From a virus (taxonomy: Duplodnaviria > Caudoviricetes), in the IMG/VR virus record IMGVR_UViG_3300025635_000053, positions 1 to 40,069 of that record: a stretch of 40,069 nucleotides of DNA. The stretch is one strand, 5' to 3'. Positions 36,746-40,069 of the stretch are shown here, one piece after another. A program made the position numbers and the translations under genes. The notes beneath the pieces were generated by a model, which ran no database searches, had not been told where the DNA came from, and worked only from the letters and a program-made list of their open reading frames with translations. Every line of letters starts with the position of its first letter. Position 1 is the stretch's first letter.

Positions 36746-36969
36746 TGGCTATGGCAAAAAAGGCTACGCCTTCTCCTAAGCCAAAGGCTACACCTAAGCC
36801 TACAGTCAAGCCTACTGTAAAGCCAAAGGTTACACCAATGCCAAAGTTCACAGCGCCTAGCGTTGCTGAGTTTAGACAGTCTGCTGCATATAAGACAGAC
36901 TCTATGACATACAAGCAGTATGTAGACACAATGTATCAAGTTTTTCAGGCAAAGAACAAGAAGAGATAA
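36745..36969 (+). CDS. Lys/Pro/Thr-rich basic protein
   Basis: KATPSPKPKATPKPTVKPTVKPKVTP repeats. Confidence 0.7.
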   Translation: MAMAKKATPSPKPKATPKPTVKPTVKPKVTPMPKFTAPSVAEFRQSAAYKTDSMTYKQYVDTMYQVFQAKNKKR

Positions 36970-36970
36970 C

Positions 36971-37228
36971 ATGGCAGACCCAAGACTAAAGCGAGCAGGA
37001 GTATCTGGGTTTAATAAACCAAAGCGTACACCGAGCCACCCTAAGAAATCACACATTGTTGTGGCTAAAGAAGGAAGCAAGGTTAAGACTATTCGCTTTG
37101 GTCAGCAGGGTGTTGTTGGCGATAGAAAGCCAACTAAGCGTCAGGCATCATTTAAGGCACGTCATGCTAAGAACATTGCTAAGGGCAAGATGTCTGCAGC
37201 ATATTGGGCAGATAAGGTTAAGTGGTAA
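36971..37228 (+). CDS. Conserved small basic phage protein
   Basis: FNKPKRTPSHPKKSHIVVAKEG..VKTIRFGQQG...SFKARHAKNIAKGKMSAAYWADKVKW. Confidence 0.8.
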   Translation: MADPRLKRAGVSGFNKPKRTPSHPKKSHIVVAKEGSKVKTIRFGQQGVVGDRKPTKRQASFKARHAKNIAKGKMSAAYWADKVKW

Positions 37229-37377
37229 TGAAGAAAGCATTTTGGGATAAGAAGAATCCTAAGAAGAAGTCAACACCACTGACACCTGCTCAAAAGGCAA
37301 AGGCTAAAGCAATGGCTAAGAAGGCTGGAAGACCTTATCCAAATCTTGTAGATAACGCAAGAGCAAAGAAAAAGTAA
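37228..37377 (+). CDS. 49 aa basic peptide (not in ORF track)
   Basis: TAATG-coupled; MKKAFWDKKNPKKKSTPLTPAQKAKAKAMAKKAGRPYPNLVDNARAKKK. Confidence 0.75.
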   Translation: MKKAFWDKKNPKKKSTPLTPAQKAKAKAMAKKAGRPYPNLVDNARAKKK

Positions 37378-37391
37378 GAAAGCAGGGGACA

Positions 37392-38072
37392 ATGGAAAAC
37401 AAATTGGCTATCGCTTGGTGCGATAACGGTATGGTAGATGGCAAGTTTATGCAGGGTGTTACAGATGTAATGATTCACTCTGGTGTAGAAGTAACAACAA
37501 CACTGCGTAGTCAGGGTAACCAGATTGCTAGACAGCGTGACAAGGTTATTAATCATTGGTACGAGACCAGTAAGGCTGAATGGATTCTGTGGGTTGACTC
37601 AGATGTAGTCATCAGCGTAGATACATTTAAACTTTTATGGGATAACAAGGACGTAGTTGAACGCCCAATCTTGACTGGTGTTTACTTTACTACCGACCAG
37701 CCAGAAGAGAGTCTTATGACTCCAATGCCTACACTGTTTAACTTTGTAGAGAACAATGGCAATATTGGTATTAACAGGATACACCCGCTACCTAAAAATA
37801 AATTAATGCAAGTTGGTGCTGCAGGTATGGGCTACGTGCTTATGCACCGTAGCGTAGTTGACCGCATTAGAGCAGTACTTCCAGATGCTCCATTGTTTTC
37901 TGACATTGGACACGGCAAGAACTTTATGGGCGAAGACATCTACTTCTTTGCTTTATGCGACAAGGCAGATATTCCTGTCTATGCACACACTGGGGCTACT
38001 GTCCCACACATGAAACGTTTCTCGTTTGATGAGCACTACTACGATGCTTTCGTAGGACAAAAAAGAAAGTAA
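37392..38072 (+). CDS. Glycosyltransferase, GT-A fold (GT2-like)
   Basis: IARQRD, WILWVDSDV (DxD), GAAGMGYVLMHRSV, MGEDIYFF, VPHMK. Confidence 0.82.
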   Translation: MENKLAIAWCDNGMVDGKFMQGVTDVMIHSGVEVTTTLRSQGNQIARQRDKVINHWYETSKAEWILWVDSDVVISVDTFKLLWDNKDVVERPILTGVYFTTDQPEESLMTPMPTLFNFVENNGNIGINRIHPLPKNKLMQVGAAGMGYVLMHRSVVDRIRAVLPDAPLFSDIGHGKNFMGEDIYFFALCDKADIPVYAHTGATVPHMKRFSFDEHYYDAFVGQKRK

Positions 38073-38080
38073 GGTAAACT

Positions 38081-39004
38081 GTGGGTATCACATTAAATGA
38101 ACTAGCAGATGAGGTTATAATTAATCTTGCTGGCTATACATTACAGCAAGACCGCGCTACGCATTTGCGTACCGACCTAGCCGCTACTTTGTCTACTGTT
38201 GATGCGCCAATTACCATGTCATTGGGTTCTAGCGAATCTGTTGGCAAGGGCACAGTTGAAATTGATGACGAACTTATTTGGGTAGATGCAATTGACCGTG
38301 TTGGTAATACAGCAACAGTTTCTCCTTATGGTCGTGGTTATCTTGGCACTGTTGCTACTACACACAGCAAAGGTTCAAAGGTTACAATTAGCCCTACCTT
38401 CCCACGCTTTGTAATTAAGCGTGCAATTCAAGACACAATCAAAGCACTTGGCTCTGTAATCTATGCAGTCAAGCAAACATCATTTACTTTTAATCCAGCA
38501 GTTACAACATACGAACTTGATGGACTTAATGTCCAGAACATTCTTAGCATGCATTGGGAAGAGATTGGTTCTTCTAAAGAGTGGATTCGTATTAGACGTT
38601 TTGATTTTGACGCAAATCCAGATGCTACTACGTGGGGTTCTACAGCACAGACTGTAACTATTGGAGACCGTGTATCACCAGGACGTACCGTTAAAGTTAC
38701 ATACGCAACTGCTCCAGTTGAACTTAGCACAACGCTAACAACTTCTTATTCTGCTCAGACTGGGCTGCCAGAATCTACACGTGATGTAGTTATTCTTGGT
38801 GCTTGCTATCGCTTGCTTGCATATCTTGACCCAGCGCGTGCAGCACAAACCAGCCCACAGGCTGATGAGACAGACAACAAACGTCCATTTGGTTCATCAC
38901 AAAATGCAACTAAACAACTATATGCTCTTTATAGTCAGCGTCTTGCTGAAGAAAAATCTGCACAACAAAAACAATATCCACCTCGCGTTCACTTCTCCCG
39001 TTGA
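38081..39004 (+). CDS. Head-tail adaptor / tail tubular-like protein
   Basis: AAGGT RBS with GTG start; IDDELI..RGYLGT.A.TH insert; LPES..DVVILGACYRLL typical of adaptors. Confidence 0.6.
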   Translation: MGITLNELADEVIINLAGYTLQQDRATHLRTDLAATLSTVDAPITMSLGSSESVGKGTVEIDDELIWVDAIDRVGNTATVSPYGRGYLGTVATTHSKGSKVTISPTFPRFVIKRAIQDTIKALGSVIYAVKQTSFTFNPAVTTYELDGLNVQNILSMHWEEIGSSKEWIRIRRFDFDANPDATTWGSTAQTVTIGDRVSPGRTVKVTYATAPVELSTTLTTSYSAQTGLPESTRDVVILGACYRLLAYLDPARAAQTSPQADETDNKRPFGSSQNATKQLYALYSQRLAEEKSAQQKQYPPRVHFSR

Positions 39005-39016
39005 TAAGGACCAGCA

Positions 39017-40069
39017 ATGACAACTAGAAAATATTCCTCACGTTCTCAACAGACAACTTTAACGGGTACACTATCATCATCTGATACCTCTGCTACTGTT
39101 GTATCAGGTACAGCCTTACTTGGTGGTGTTACCATTTCCGCTGGTGAAACCTTTACAGTTGTTATTGACCCAGATACAGCAATTGAAGAAATTGTAGATG
39201 TTACTGCAGTATCAAGTAACACTCTTACAATTACACGTGGCGTAGACGGCTCATCAGGGCAGGCTCACTCTGCTGGTGCAGTAGTTCGCCATATGGCTAT
39301 TGGTCGTGACTATCGTGAGTCCAACACCCACGTTGAGGCTAGTACAGGCGTACACGGCGTTACAGGTGCTCTAGTAGGTACTACAGATAGTCAGACTCTA
39401 ACCAACAAGACTATCAATGCTGCTAACAATACCGTCACAGGCATCACATCAGCAATGATTACAGATGGCACAATCGTCAACGGAGATATTTCAGCCTCGG
39501 CTGCTATTGCTTACAGCAAGTTGAACCTTTCTGGTGGAATCGTCTCTGCCGATATTGCTAACGATACTATCGTTAATGCTGACATCAACACTGCTGCAGC
39601 GATTGCTGCTACTAAGATTGCTGGAACTGCTGTAACACAGGCGGACACTGGCACAGTGACCAGCACAATGATTGCAGATGGAACCATTGTAAATGGTGAC
39701 ATCAATGCATCTGCCGCTATTGCATTCAGCAAGATTGCTACACCTGCTGCAGACTTTGCTATGGGTGGCTACAAGATTACAGGGTTGGGTACACCAACAT
39801 CTAACACAGATGCTTCGACTAAGTTGTACGTAGATACTTCTATTTCAAACCTTATCGATGGAGCACCATCTACTCTTGATACACTCAACGAGATTGCTGC
39901 TGCTCTTAACGACACAGCAAACTTTGCAGACACCGTAGTTCTCAAGACTGGCTCAACAATGAGCGGTGCTCTTGCTATGGGAACAAATAAGATTACAGGT
40001 CTTGGGGACCCAACCAACGCTCAAGATGCTGCAACTAAGAACTACATTGACACAGCAACGATTGCACCT
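39017..40069 (+). CDS. Tail fibre protein, N-terminal part (open at window end; not in ORF track)
   Basis: AAGGA RBS, ATG 39017, 351 codons with no stop. [19 protein letters not shown], 3x TIVN.DI...AAIA..K repeats, [15 protein letters not shown]. About 560 aa if joined to 128-757. Confidence 0.85.
   Translation, partial: MTTRKYSSRSQQTTLTGTLSSSDTSATVVSGTALLGGVTISAGETFTVVIDPDTAIEEIVDVTAVSSNTLTITRGVDGSSGQAHSAGAVVRHMAIGRDYRESNTHVEASTGVHGVTGALVGTTDSQTLTNKTINAANNTVTGITSAMITDGTIVNGDISASAAIAYSKLNLSGGIVSADIANDTIVNADINTAAAIAATKIAGTAVTQADTGTVTSTMIADGTIVNGDINASAAIAFSKIATPAADFAMGGYKITGLGTPTSNTDASTKLYVDTSISNLIDGAPSTLDTLNEIAAALNDTANFADTVVLKTGSTMSGALAMGTNKITGLGDPTNAQDAATKNYIDTATIAP
39944..40069. repeat. 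Terminal direct repeat, right copy
   Basis: Identical to 2-127. Confidence 0.95.

Noticed and set aside
1-40069. Stop-codon reassignment
   Set aside because: Genes tile densely in the standard code, and TAA, TAG and TGA all end genes at sensible boundaries.

Overview
This window appears to be a near-complete ~40 kb genome of a tailed dsDNA phage with an Actinobacteria host (WhiB and DUF4192-like genes). It resembles freshwater actinophages and is probably podovirus-like: there are large internal-virion-type proteins and no recognisable tape measure. The ends overlap by 126 identical bp inside a tail-fibre gene. The + strand late arm (22162-40069, continuing 1-9658) carries terminase, portal, three large putative ejection proteins, scaffold, capsid, small basic proteins, a glycosyltransferase, tail/fibre genes and a lysis cassette with a CHAP endolysin and an odd Pro-rich surface protein. 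The - strand early arm (21250-9752) carries two SSB-like proteins, a lytic transglycosylase, DUF932, an exonuclease, a helicase, a resolvase, a split primase, a phosphoesterase, a sigma-like factor and WhiB. I saw no DNA polymerase, integrase, methyltransferase or tRNA. The most striking signal is the ~900 bp gap between the arms, an almost continuous array of hairpins that fold best on the + strand. One ~100 nt hairpin assembles a TTGACA-N17-CAGATT promoter positioned to transcribe the adjacent SSB-like gene only when the DNA is single-stranded (Frpo-like). Several pseudoknot leaders and apparent GATC/AGCT/GGCC/CCGG avoidance are also noted. All calls come from reading motifs by eye; no searches were run.
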